Below are positions 48,401 to 57,150 of a DNA stretch of 64,000 nt, piece after piece; position 1 is the stretch's first letter; each line of letters opens with the position of its first letter. The notes under the pieces are model-generated. The model was not told the origin of the DNA and ran no database searches. It saw nothing but the letters and a program-made list of their open reading frames with translations. The stretch comes from Candidatus Latescibacterota bacterium. GTDB taxonomy: Bacteria > Latescibacterota > UBA2968 > GCA-2709665. The stretch covers positions 3,168,001 to 3,232,000 of the forward strand of contig CBDCOX010000002.1 of assembly GCA_965219995.1 (NCBI GenBank). The letters are read 5' to 3'. The translations under genes were made by a program, and so were the position numbers.

Positions 48401-48614
48401 TCCTCCTCGCACGGTCGAGGTCCTCCCGGTTGTAGATCCCGACCAGCCCCTGTCGCTTTCCGGCGCCGATCACCTCCGTGTGGAATCCCGCCGCGCGCGT
48501 GTACCGGTCCGGTTCGTGGTCCGGGAGCGACTCCTGGAGATGCAGACTTTCGTAAAGCGCCCGCAACGCCGCTTCATCCTCGACGACCTCGCCTTTCACA
48601 GGCATTCTGGCCAT
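45438..48614 (-). CDS. Heparinase II/III-like polysaccharide lyase
   Basis: 1058 aa; helical N-terminal part, DGKFWYDSIGY, PLIGD, GHGHMDKL, DLGY, SHCTALIDG, beta-rich C-terminus. Confidence 0.8.
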   Translation of the reverse strand: MARMPVKGEVVEDEAALRALYESLHLQESLPDHEPDRYTRAAGFHTEVIGAGKRQGLVGIYNREDLDRARRNADRLDWARDMVDEVLRDADFWAGFSDETLYAMAPTQNPMALTVAQYDGCPIHGGNRSTFEADLLHPYQWRCNLGDEWWYKGIEIVNPGTGETVRMVDDGPGWVAPEGFPNAGVTYYFTGAYRCYLLYRLFSSPYAPQTGDGHQGRPASQALALAYAFTGERKYSHKAGILLNRLADVYGRLRGIKEGYEAYDRSKDPIRGYVGEASGREQSFLHNVAVTYDLVFDAIREDEELVGLFRTRDGADGPATTGDIIFNIHRNLFAYAYEFLDRTLPLAGGDFLTSSLYALLEVGACLQNGAMIRQALEAPTGLYNVMSNSFFRDGKFWYDSIGYGAGNIRGALNAAEWTLGFQDGEHAAPPVDLYRDPGFRLREMMDFARAVDCDGRVPLIGDTGGGRSSVLRTPYSLEDEIGYLRLPEARDHYARRILSGTGGDPDAARRGGDLYTLFHCEPWSEARAPEDLSPGSDVLHDSGFCILRAGDEQSSRRHVVLNYGKGNRGHGHMDKLAVNLIAYGYDLSADLGYPPSWVAPKKDGWETHTASHCTALIDGRNQAFATGSLNLFADGPWVRVADASAERAYPGLADLYRRAVALIPVDEERAYMVDLFRIAGGAEHDYTFHSWAGDNAERFEIALEDGAAPIAQADGTLAGADVPFGEAPGYGFVKDVARSRTDGGFRATWRTEESGAGIRLHMTGEAGSTVITGLAEGTGLQGHSPWDRHVIVRRPGGEGRENRFTGVLEPYCGTPYIDGMSALRAGGRDVGLRVAIGERVHYIVHGTGGVAAGEADGLPFRFEGDWAFVERDGDSITRAQVVNGKAFRFGDVGMEGAGEWAGEVDAVEIEDRRIVVSSRVPLPVDGSLTERTIVLSHPDYICNSSYEVTDIVQAGEGRYRISLDRMDFLLSEGSITGVDGATLLTDTPMLKLEVVRDLFDGKTISRTPGQTGTRLKAAEKGKLTLADPGHAEAFSGKPFYIYDVAPGDTWRIADVWNL

Positions 48615-48771
48615 GATCGCGCCTCCATTGTATTATCCGGGAAAACAGCGATCCGTAATGCGTCAATGTCCCCGGACTTGCATTTCGGATGGACTGAAAA
48701 AGTGCTTTAAGATCGAAGAACTTCCAGTTATTTTCGTACGCCGGAAGGGGGCTTCTACCCACGGTCGTCAA

Positions 48772-49330
48772 AAAGCAGCAATTGGCTATCAGCGTACAGC
48801 GGCCGTCTTGAATCAAAGTCGAACATCAAATTCAAAATCCCCTTTTCCCCAAATTCCCTAAAAGCGGGGAGAAGGGAGACGTGAGACGGGAGATGATGTC
48901 ATCGCGTCGACCGGATATCATTATGGCCTGGCGAAGAGTATCATCGATGCGGACGGGACCACTACCCACAGCCCACCTCCCCGGGGTAGACGGGAGACGT
49001 TAGACGTGAGATGATGTCAGTGCCCTGAAGGCGGGGAGACGTTAGACGTAAGAGGGGAGAGGAGATGAGTGCCCTATGGTTTTTCAAGTCGTTACGATAG
49101 CGGAAAATTGGCAGGCACGGTTTTTGTGGAAACACTGCTGTAAATGTCTTCATCTACCGTCTACCCTCTTACGTCTCACCGCTTTTATTGCCCCGTGCGG
49201 TATCATCTCTTGCCAGAGGCATAAAGGCGCAAACAATCGAGCAACGACGTCATCTACCGTCTTGCGTCTCACGTCTCACCGCTTTTTCGGAACCTTTCCA
49301 GGAGGGAAAGGGGGAGACAACCAGGAGACC
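48772..49330. mobile_element. Family A cluster (cores Z, Y, X) nested after a cttgaatcaaa...ccccaaattccc module
   Basis: New units begin at 48859 (taaaagcgggg) and 49026 (tgaaggcgggg); core Y ~49068-49148, core X ~49189-49247. Confidence 0.82.
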
Positions 49331-49339
49331 CTGTAGTCA

Positions 49340-50416
49340 ATGCATAGACCCTTGAAACTCGCGGTTGTGGGCGTGGGCCGAATCGGCGTATTCCACGCCA
49401 GGCACGTGCAGGAACTGGGCGAAGCCGACGGGACCTGCGAACTGTCCGCCGTGGTGGACCGCTACGGCAGCACCGCGGAGACGGTTGCCCGGGAACTCCA
49501 GGAAAGCCAGGCAGCTGAAATCCACGCCTTCAGGAACACGTCCGACCTGGCAGACGCGGGTCTGATCGACGCGGCCGTGGTGGCTTCCAGGACCGAGGAC
49601 CACGAAGCGGACGCGCGTACGCTGATCGACGCCGGCTGTCGCGTGATGCTGGAGAAACCGCTCGCCCACTCTGTCGAGTCCGCTTCCGACTTCGTCAGGT
49701 ATCTGTCGCACGATAATACGAAAAAGCAAGCGCTCATGCAGGCCTTTATGAGGCGCTTCGACGAACCGCTATGCCATGCGAAAGACCTTCTGGACGGGAA
49801 TACGATCGGCGCGCCGTTCAAGATCGTATCCGTCCTCGAAGACCCGCACCCTCCCCCGGTGGGCTACAACAGCCCCGGCATCCTGCCGGACATGGCCGTG
49901 CACAACATCGACGAAGCGATCTGGCTTCTTGGCGCGAATCCGGTGCGCGCCAGCGCCATGGGCGCCAACCTGCATAACTACAGAATCACGACCGTGAAGG
50001 AAGACTTCGACGACGCTTTTCTCCAGCTGGCCTTTCCTGACGACGTGATCGCGCAGATCCAGGTAAGCAGAAACCACGTGGCGGGGTATCGCAACGAAAC
50101 GTGGATCTACGGGCGGAGCGGCCTGATCCACGTGGGCCATTTCCAGGAAGATCCAAACCGGGTAACGGTGGAAGCGTACAACCGGGAGGGCGCCATCGAA
50201 AAGAAGGGCTTCCGGATGAGAGATTACGGCGGGGAAGTCCCCGTGTTCATCGAACGTTTCGGCCCGGCCTACAAGCGGGAACTCGCGCACTTTGTCGACC
50301 GGTGCCTGAGAGACGAGCCCTTCAGCGTGACCCAGGAGGCCGGCCTCCAGGCGATGCGTGTGGCCGACGCGGGAGTCCGTTCGCTGCGGGCCCCCACGAC
50401 GGCGGTAACCATTTAA
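49340..50416 (+). CDS. Gfo/Idh/MocA oxidoreductase (myo-inositol dehydrogenase-like)
   Basis: GVGRIG..H, EKPLA, FMRRFD, DMAVHNID, SRNHVAGY, FIERFGPAY..E. Confidence 0.9.
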   Translation: MHRPLKLAVVGVGRIGVFHARHVQELGEADGTCELSAVVDRYGSTAETVARELQESQAAEIHAFRNTSDLADAGLIDAAVVASRTEDHEADARTLIDAGCRVMLEKPLAHSVESASDFVRYLSHDNTKKQALMQAFMRRFDEPLCHAKDLLDGNTIGAPFKIVSVLEDPHPPPVGYNSPGILPDMAVHNIDEAIWLLGANPVRASAMGANLHNYRITTVKEDFDDAFLQLAFPDDVIAQIQVSRNHVAGYRNETWIYGRSGLIHVGHFQEDPNRVTVEAYNREGAIEKKGFRMRDYGGEVPVFIERFGPAYKRELAHFVDRCLRDEPFSVTQEAGLQAMRVADAGVRSLRAPTTAVTI

Positions 50417-50440
50417 GCGAAACGCGAATCCGGCCATCCC

Positions 50441-51499
50441 TCACAACAGGGGGAAATCGACCCGGCAATTCCCGCCGTGGTGCGACTTCAGGATCCCCAT
50501 CATGATCTCCACCGTCTTGCGCGCCTCCCGTGCAGGCGAGACCAGATCGCCGCCTTCCTCCAGTACCCGGATCAGTTCCGCCACCGCGGCGGTCTGGTTT
50601 TCCATCGCGTATTTCCCGGACAGGATGGGCGACGCGGACGACTCGAAATGCGACCTGCCCCGGATCAGGGTTGCGCCCTGGTCTGAAATCTCGATGCGTC
50701 CGTCCTCGCACGTCAGCGCGAATTTCGAACCGGGGAAATCCACCTTGTACGCGTTATAGAACGCCCTCACGCCGTTGTCGAACCGGATGTACGCCGACGC
50801 GTACGGATCGACCGCCGGATCTTTTCCGCCGTCCCCCTTGTATTCGGTGAAATGTTCGAACCCCTCTTCGAGTTCAGCCGCCAGCCACAGAGGATTGGCC
50901 TCGGCAAAGAAGCAGATCATGTCCAGCAGGTGGGTGCCGTTCCGGAACATCATCGCCCTCCGGCTGAATTGCTCGCACACAACCGTGCGAAGCGGTCCGA
51001 TCTCTCCGCTGCGAATGATCTCACGCGCCCTGAGATAACTGGAGTTCCAGCGTCGGGTGTGTTCGATTGAAAGCAGTACGCCGTTGGCTTCGGCGGCGGC
51101 GATCATCCGGTCCGCGTCTTCCAGAGAGGTCGCGATCGGCTTCTCGCACAGAATGGCGCGCGCACCGCCCCGGGCGGCCGCCACGGTCATATCGGCGTGT
51201 ACGTGGTCCGAGGTGGCCACGCTCACCAGGTCGGGTTTCTCTACCTGCAGCATTTCCCGGTAGTCCGTATAGAGCCGCACGTCCGGCCACACGTCTTTCC
51301 ACTGCGCCGTGAAATCCGCCAGCGCCTCCTCCCGCAGGTCGCATACGCCCACCACTTCCGTTTGGGGATGCCGGTCGTAGGCCCCCGCGTGGGAGCCGGG
51401 CATGGCGCCGTACACCGGAAGCTGACCGTCTTCCTCGGGCCGCCTGGCGCCGATGCCGGTCAGGCCGATAATCACCGCACGGTACTCGGGTTTTGACAT
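50441..51499 (-). CDS. Gfo/Idh/MocA oxidoreductase
   Basis: IGLTGIG, YTDYREML..EKPDLVSVAT..H, CEKPIA, HTRRW, GTHLLD. RBS ggagg. Confidence 0.9.
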   Translation of the reverse strand: MSKPEYRAVIIGLTGIGARRPEEDGQLPVYGAMPGSHAGAYDRHPQTEVVGVCDLREEALADFTAQWKDVWPDVRLYTDYREMLQVEKPDLVSVATSDHVHADMTVAAARGGARAILCEKPIATSLEDADRMIAAAEANGVLLSIEHTRRWNSSYLRAREIIRSGEIGPLRTVVCEQFSRRAMMFRNGTHLLDMICFFAEANPLWLAAELEEGFEHFTEYKGDGGKDPAVDPYASAYIRFDNGVRAFYNAYKVDFPGSKFALTCEDGRIEISDQGATLIRGRSHFESSASPILSGKYAMENQTAAVAELIRVLEEGGDLVSPAREARKTVEIMMGILKSHHGGNCRVDFPLL

Positions 51500-51565
51500 G
51501 GTCGTTCCTCCTGAATTTATCCCTGAAGGGTTCGTTCCCACGCACTAAACATGCCGCGGGAGGCC

Positions 51566-52252
51566 GGGCGCCCACAAGGGACGCCCCTACATTGGCCAGG
51601 GGAGTCACGGTACGATAGCGCCGATGAAAAAGCCGGTGTGAAGGTGGGACAGACATTCCTGTCTGCCTGCCTCGTGTTGTACGTGCTGCCTGAATACGGG
51701 CATTTCGACATTTCGACAAGCTCAATGCAGGCAATGACCACGCTTTGGTAGTTTCAATAAACGTCATTGAGCCGTGAACGGGATCCCGTTCAATACCCTG
51801 AGCCGATCCCTGAGCATGCGGTGCCCTGAGCTTGTCGAAGGGTCGAAGGGCCGGCGAAGGGATTGCGAATGGTTTACGTGCTGCCTGAATGCGGGCATTT
51901 CGACACTTCGGCAAGCTCACTTCGGCAAGCTCAGCACAGGCAATGACCACGCTTTGGTAGTTTCAATGAACGTCATTGATCGGCGAAATGGTTCCGTTAC
52001 ACCTTCTCCCGACTGTCATGATGAGACGGCGCCACGGAAACCAAACCTCCGCGCATATGGGCCGCTGAAGGCTGCCGCTTCGCGTCAAGCCGAGAAGACG
52101 GGAGATTCTTCGCTCCGCTCAGAATGACATGTTTGGCAATAGCCACAGCAAGATGGCTCGGCCATACCTTCGCCAACACTGTGAGGAATCCGGTGTGAAG
52201 GTGGGGCAGACATTCCTGTCTGCCGGCTTCGCGTCGCTCAGAATGACATGTT
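51566..52252. repeat. Composite REP-like cluster (family B, inverted relative to the 22205-23030 and 1497-1826 clusters)
   Basis: GTAG-type REP at 51566-51590, GTGG-type REPs at 51643-51667 and 52200-52224, and an internal duplication around ggcaatgaccacgctttggtagtttcaat. Confidence 0.88.
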
Positions 52253-52261
52253 TTGCAATAC

Positions 52262-53413
52262 CTACTCCAGTTTCTCCAGCGCCTTTCTGGCCCCCTTGTG
52301 CTTTTCGTTCAATTTCAGAACCTGCCTGTACGCATCGCGGGCAAGGTCCCGTTCTCCCTGGCGCGCGTATATACGGCCGAGCCTGTAGAGTCCGTTTATG
52401 CGTGCAATCTTCCATCGCGCCGGCAGTTGGCGAAGATACGTCGTCAGCGATTCCAGTCCCAGGTCCAGTTCCGTCCCGGTCAGGGCGGCGAAGCGGCCGA
52501 TTGCATAGAGCGCCTGGAGTCGATCTCCCGCGGCAGCGAGCGCATTCTCGAAGGTTTCTGCGCTCGGGTCCGAATCGGACGCCAGCGCTGCGAGAGCATC
52601 CATCGCCGCTTCCAGGCTGCGGCGTGCGGCCTCGAACGCTTTTTCGTTTTCCTTCTCCAGACGGTACAGGTTGCTCAATCGCCGCAGGATGGTGCTGTGG
52701 CCCGGAGAGGTTTGCAGAAAGGCCTCGTAGACCCGAATTGCGTCCTGGCGACGTTCACCGCGCAGGTAGAGCGACGCCAGCGAAATGACGGGGCGCACGT
52801 CGCCATTCGCCGACGCGACCGCCGCAAGATAGGCATTCTCCCGTTTGTCCCGGGTCTTTTCTTTCGCGTGGATGAGACCCCACGCCAGATGACCTTCCAT
52901 CGGATTCCGGGATTCTATCGCCCTGGCCTGCTCAAGAGCTCTTTCCTTTTTACCGCCCAGAATCCCCGGTGCGAAAAGGTGATACTCCAGCAGCTTCGTC
53001 CGGGCGTCGAGGTGATCGGGGTCGAGCCGGACGGCCTCCTCGAACGCCTTTCGGGCGCGGCGGGCCTTGCCGGGCTTCCCGAAGATGCTGGCGCGCTGCG
53101 CCCTGGCGCCGTACATCATTCCCAGCCAGTACTGATAGTCTGCCACTTCAGGATCCGCCTCAACGGCCTTCTCGAACCAGTCGAACCCCGCCTCGATGTC
53201 CCCCTCCCAGGTATTGATGCGACCCAGCAGATAGAAGATTTCCGCCCGACCGGTCCCCGGACGCGCGAGGCGCGTTTTCAGACTGTCTTCGGCATCGGCG
53301 TATCGGCCGTCGATAAATGCCGCCATGGCGGGTCGTATCCCCGTTGACGTTGCCTCGAGGCTCGGCGACAGGAATACCAGAACAAAAATGAAGATTACCA
53401 CTTGCCTTGCCAA
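52262..53413 (-). CDS. Secreted TPR-repeat protein
   Basis: TTG start, signal-like LARQVVIFIFVLVFLSPSLEA, multiple TPRs, YHLFAPGILGG. Confidence 0.8.
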   Translation of the reverse strand: MARQVVIFIFVLVFLSPSLEATSTGIRPAMAAFIDGRYADAEDSLKTRLARPGTGRAEIFYLLGRINTWEGDIEAGFDWFEKAVEADPEVADYQYWLGMMYGARAQRASIFGKPGKARRARKAFEEAVRLDPDHLDARTKLLEYHLFAPGILGGKKERALEQARAIESRNPMEGHLAWGLIHAKEKTRDKRENAYLAAVASANGDVRPVISLASLYLRGERRQDAIRVYEAFLQTSPGHSTILRRLSNLYRLEKENEKAFEAARRSLEAAMDALAALASDSDPSAETFENALAAAGDRLQALYAIGRFAALTGTELDLGLESLTTYLRQLPARWKIARINGLYRLGRIYARQGERDLARDAYRQVLKLNEKHKGARKALEKLE

Positions 53414-53427
53414 TTCACCCCCCTGAG

Positions 53428-53485
53428 TTTTCTCGCCCACTCGTCCTCTCGTTCCCTCATCTTCTCGTTTTCTCGTCTTCTCGCC
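53428..53485. repeat. Degenerate octamer tandem repeat (TTCTCGTC-like)
   Basis: ttttctcgcccactcgtcctctcgttccctcatcttctcgttttctcgtcttctcgcc. Confidence 0.65.
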
Positions 53486-55176
53486 TATTGCCACAGTCCG
53501 TGAAAATCCGCGTATAGCGCATGCCTGCTCAGCAGTTCGTCGTGATTGCCCACGTCGATGCCCGAACCGTCCATGACCAGCACCCTTTGCGCCCGACGGG
53601 TGGCCGCCATGCGGTGCGCGACCACAATCAGCGTGCAACCCAGCGCCATGAATGCCCGCTCCGCTCGTTCCTCGGCGGCGGGATCCAGGTGACAGGTGGC
53701 CTCGTCCAGCACGACAATGGGCGCCGCCGCCAGGTGCGACCGCACCAGGGTCACCAGTTGGCGTTCGCCCTCGGACAGACCGGACTTCGTCAGGTTGACT
53801 TCGGCGTCCAGGCCGCCGAGCCGGGCCATTACACGATCGAGCCCCACGGCCGCGGCGGACGCGGCGATCTCCTCGTCGGTTGCGGAGGGCCGCAGGTAAT
53901 TCAGATTCTCTCGGAGAGAACCCGCGAAGACGTACGCCTCCTGCGGGACCATCGTGACCAGCCGCGGTCGATCCGGTCGCAGAAAGCAGGGCTGCGCGTC
54001 GACCGTGATCTTGCCGCTGTCGGGGCGCAGCACCCCGGCCATCAGAGCGGCCAGCGTGGACTTGCCGATCCCGCTCGGGCCGACAATGGCCAGGTGGTCG
54101 CCGTGAGCGACGTCCAGTGAAAATCCCCGGACGATCGGCTCGCCGGCGCCATACGCGAATGTCAGATCGCGTACGGCCAATTCAGGCCGTCTATTCGGCG
54201 GGGACGGTTCGGAAGGAGCGTCAACGGGCCGGTCGGCTGCCTCCCCGCCGGTCTCCAGCAGGCGCGCGTGGTAAACGCGAAGCGTCACCAGTCTGGCCAG
54301 CCCGTACGTGACGAAAGCCGTCGCGGCGGGCAGACCGGCAAGAAGGTAGGTAAATGAACCGACGACCTCTCCCGCGGTCAGCAGCTCGCCGCGGACCAGG
54401 TACGGGACGAAGCCGAGACCCGTCAGCGCCGGAAACGTGGTCGCGATCGCGTTCACCAATCCGAATCCGACCGACTGATGGTCGCGGTCCCTGAGCGACG
54501 CCCGGACGGTACGCTCAATCCGTTTTTCGACACGGTCCATGGCGAAACCCTTCGCGCCCGCCGCCACCAGGTCGCGCACCGACTGAAGCGCCCGGGTCGT
54601 TTCGCCATGGGTATCCTCCTCGGCGAGCATGGACGCCGTCTCGTTGCGGACTTTGCGGCGGACGACCACGACCTGCAGTACGGCGCCGATAACCAGCCAC
54701 GGGAGAACGAGGGCCAGAAGCGTCCACGACAGCGTCGCGAGACCGACTGCCGAACCGATGGCGAAAAGACCGCTCGGGCCCAGGCGCAGGAAGTGCGCCA
54801 GTACGTCGACGAGCGCCGGCACGTGCTGGGTGAGTTCCGCTCCGGAACGCAGAACCCGGTCTGAGTAAACCGCGTCTCCAAGTGTGTGCCGAACGACGTC
54901 TCGGGTGAGGTCGAACCGCACCCGTGAAGTGAGTATCGCGGTCCAGTGATAGAGACGCAGCAGCGACCAGACGCCCGCCCCACCCACGGCCAGAAGCCCG
55001 CCGATCCACTCCATGGACGCTGTCAGGTCGCCCGCCCGCGCCGCATCCACGGCGCTGGCGATCAGGCGTCCGGAGAGCGCCGGCGCGAGGGTCACCCCCA
55101 CGCTGCACACGGCGATGCGAAACAGGCATCCGCGATGCCTCGATACGTAGCCGTATAACGGCCGGATGGGTGTCAT
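53485..55176 (-). CDS. ABC exporter TMD-NBD, RamB/AmfA-like
   Basis: GPSGIGKSTLA, PQEAYVFAGSLRENLNYL, LSEGERQL, LDEATCHLDPAAEERAERAF, AHR, C-terminal LY.D..G.W. Confidence 0.85.
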   Translation of the reverse strand: MTPIRPLYGYVSRHRGCLFRIAVCSVGVTLAPALSGRLIASAVDAARAGDLTASMEWIGGLLAVGGAGVWSLLRLYHWTAILTSRVRFDLTRDVVRHTLGDAVYSDRVLRSGAELTQHVPALVDVLAHFLRLGPSGLFAIGSAVGLATLSWTLLALVLPWLVIGAVLQVVVVRRKVRNETASMLAEEDTHGETTRALQSVRDLVAAGAKGFAMDRVEKRIERTVRASLRDRDHQSVGFGLVNAIATTFPALTGLGFVPYLVRGELLTAGEVVGSFTYLLAGLPAATAFVTYGLARLVTLRVYHARLLETGGEAADRPVDAPSEPSPPNRRPELAVRDLTFAYGAGEPIVRGFSLDVAHGDHLAIVGPSGIGKSTLAALMAGVLRPDSGKITVDAQPCFLRPDRPRLVTMVPQEAYVFAGSLRENLNYLRPSATDEEIAASAAAVGLDRVMARLGGLDAEVNLTKSGLSEGERQLVTLVRSHLAAAPIVVLDEATCHLDPAAEERAERAFMALGCTLIVVAHRMAATRRAQRVLVMDGSGIDVGNHDELLSRHALYADFHGLWQ

Positions 55177-56927
55177 GAAGCCGCCTCCTGGGCCGGGTCG
55201 CCCTGAAACGCGGCGCGGTAGGCAGGGTCTCGCCACAGTTCGATATGCGGCGCCACACGCCGGACCCCGCCTCTGTAGAGCCAGGCGACGAGATCTGCCG
55301 CGGCGGCCGTACTCGCCCGGTGGGCAATGACGACAGTCGTGCGTGAAGCGCCGAGCTTTCGCAGTGCGGCAAGGACGCGCGCCTCGGTAGCCACGTCCAG
55401 ACTGCTGAGCGCGTCGTCCAGAATCAGAATGGGCGTATCCCTGAGCGCGGCCCTTGCGAGGCCCAGCCGCTGGTGTTCGCCGCCGGACATCGGCGCATCG
55501 CCAAGAGGTGTATCGTAGCCCTTCGGCAGACGTTCGATGAACGCATCCGCTTCGACGTACCCTGCGGCCGCCCGCACCTCCTCACGCGTGGTTTCTGCGC
55601 CCAGCACGATCACGTCGCGGATTGTGTCGCCGAAGAGCGCGGGCCGCTCGAATGCGTAGCCCACCCGGCGCGAGAGTTCGTCGCGCGACATTTCGGCAAC
55701 CGGCGTACCGTCGATGCGAATGAACCCGCTGTCCGGGTCCTGAAGCCGACCGATCAGCCCGGCAAGCGTGGTCTTGCCAACCCCTGATCTGCCGACCAGC
55801 GCAACCGTCTTTCCGGCGGGTACGCGCAGATCCACGTGCCGGAGAACCTCCCTTTCCGGCGCACCCAGAGATACGTCTTCGATCCTGACCTCGCCGGGCC
55901 CCGCGGCGCCGGACGCGGCCGACCGGGGTTCCGGAACCGCGGCCGGAGATCGAAGAACGGCCAGCGTCCGGGCCGCATGGGCGCGAAAGAAGGCGATCTG
56001 GAACCAGCCGTTGTCCAACACGCCGGCGACGCTTGAATAGGTCATCTGGGCGTAACGGATCGCGGCCATCAGCGCGCCCACGGTCAGGTCGCCCGCCGCC
56101 AGGAGGCAAACGCCGGTGACCGCGGTAACCGTCAGAACGACGTGGTTGGCGCTCGTCACCGTCACCGCGCCGCGGCCGAAGCTTTCCAGGATCTCGCGCG
56201 TTTTGTCCGCCAGATCCGGAAGGGGCCGCGTGATCCGTTCGACTTCACGTTCCAGGGTCCCGGCCGCGCGTATCGTGCGCCGTCCCGCGAGGGCGCCGGT
56301 GTACGCGTTGACCATTCGGCTGTTCAATTCGTCGTGTGCGGTCTGTCCGGCGGTCAACGTACCCATCAGTCGACGCATGAGCAGGGTGACGGTCCCCACG
56401 CCGCCAAGCGCAACCGCGACAAACACCCAGTGTACGTACAACAGCGCGACGAGGCTGCCCGCCGCCGTGAGGATTCCCGTGCCGATTCTCAACAGGGTCT
56501 CCGGGTAACGCGGCAGGTGCGTCGCCTCCTGCCGAATCCTGTTCTGCAGGTCTCCGTCGTCGAACGGCCGGCGGCCGGGCAGGCCGAGATCCAGCGCATG
56601 GTCGACCATTTCGCGCGTGAGCCGCCGTTCCGTGACGGCGCGGAATCTGGCCCGCACGGGTTCGGCGACGATATCGACGATTACGGACAGGACCATCGCC
56701 ACCGACAGGCCCTTGAACCCCCAACCGATGCGGCCGTCCACCGCCTCGTCGATAGCCAGTGCGGCCAGGGCCGGCGCGGCCAGACCCGCGCCGATGGCGA
56801 GCAGGCTGAGCAGGGCGTCCAGCGCGAACCAGTGCCACGCCCCCCGGGCATAGGGGCGCAGGAACGCCATCACTTCGATGATCCCCGGTACCGCAGGATC
56901 GGCCGCCTGACTGTTCGTGTCCTTCAT
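55173..56927 (-). CDS. ABC exporter TMD-NBD, RamA/AmfB-like
   Basis: GRSGVGKT, VGYAFERPALFG, DAPMSGGEHQRLGLARA, LDDALSSLD, AHRASTAAAADLVAWL, H.ELWRDPAYRAAF. ATGA overlap with the partner gene. Confidence 0.85.
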   Translation of the reverse strand: MKDTNSQAADPAVPGIIEVMAFLRPYARGAWHWFALDALLSLLAIGAGLAAPALAALAIDEAVDGRIGWGFKGLSVAMVLSVIVDIVAEPVRARFRAVTERRLTREMVDHALDLGLPGRRPFDDGDLQNRIRQEATHLPRYPETLLRIGTGILTAAGSLVALLYVHWVFVAVALGGVGTVTLLMRRLMGTLTAGQTAHDELNSRMVNAYTGALAGRRTIRAAGTLEREVERITRPLPDLADKTREILESFGRGAVTVTSANHVVLTVTAVTGVCLLAAGDLTVGALMAAIRYAQMTYSSVAGVLDNGWFQIAFFRAHAARTLAVLRSPAAVPEPRSAASGAAGPGEVRIEDVSLGAPEREVLRHVDLRVPAGKTVALVGRSGVGKTTLAGLIGRLQDPDSGFIRIDGTPVAEMSRDELSRRVGYAFERPALFGDTIRDVIVLGAETTREEVRAAAGYVEADAFIERLPKGYDTPLGDAPMSGGEHQRLGLARAALRDTPILILDDALSSLDVATEARVLAALRKLGASRTTVVIAHRASTAAAADLVAWLYRGGVRRVAPHIELWRDPAYRAAFQGDPAQEAAS

Positions 56928-56963
56928 TCGATTCTCTTCTGCCACAATTTCGGCGCCTTTTCG

Positions 56964-57150
56964 AAAAGCGGCGAGACGGTAGACGTGAGACGGTAGATGA
57001 CGTCCATGCCCGATTGGTTTTTCCTTTATGCCTCCGGCACAAAACGAAACCGGATGCGGCGGACAATCTCTCCCCTCTTACGTCTAACGTCTCCCCGCCT
57101 TTAGGGCGCTGATATCATCTACCGTCTACCCTCTCCCGTCTCACCGCCCT
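56964..57150. mobile_element. Family A element (reverse orientation) plus half unit
   Basis: 56964-57103 is a close reverse complement of 40401-40534. Confidence 0.85.

Noticed and set aside
56928-57150. Lanthipeptide precursor upstream of the RamAB-like genes
   Set aside because: The interval is almost entirely a family A element; no Ser/Cys-patterned small ORF and no lanKC in the window.
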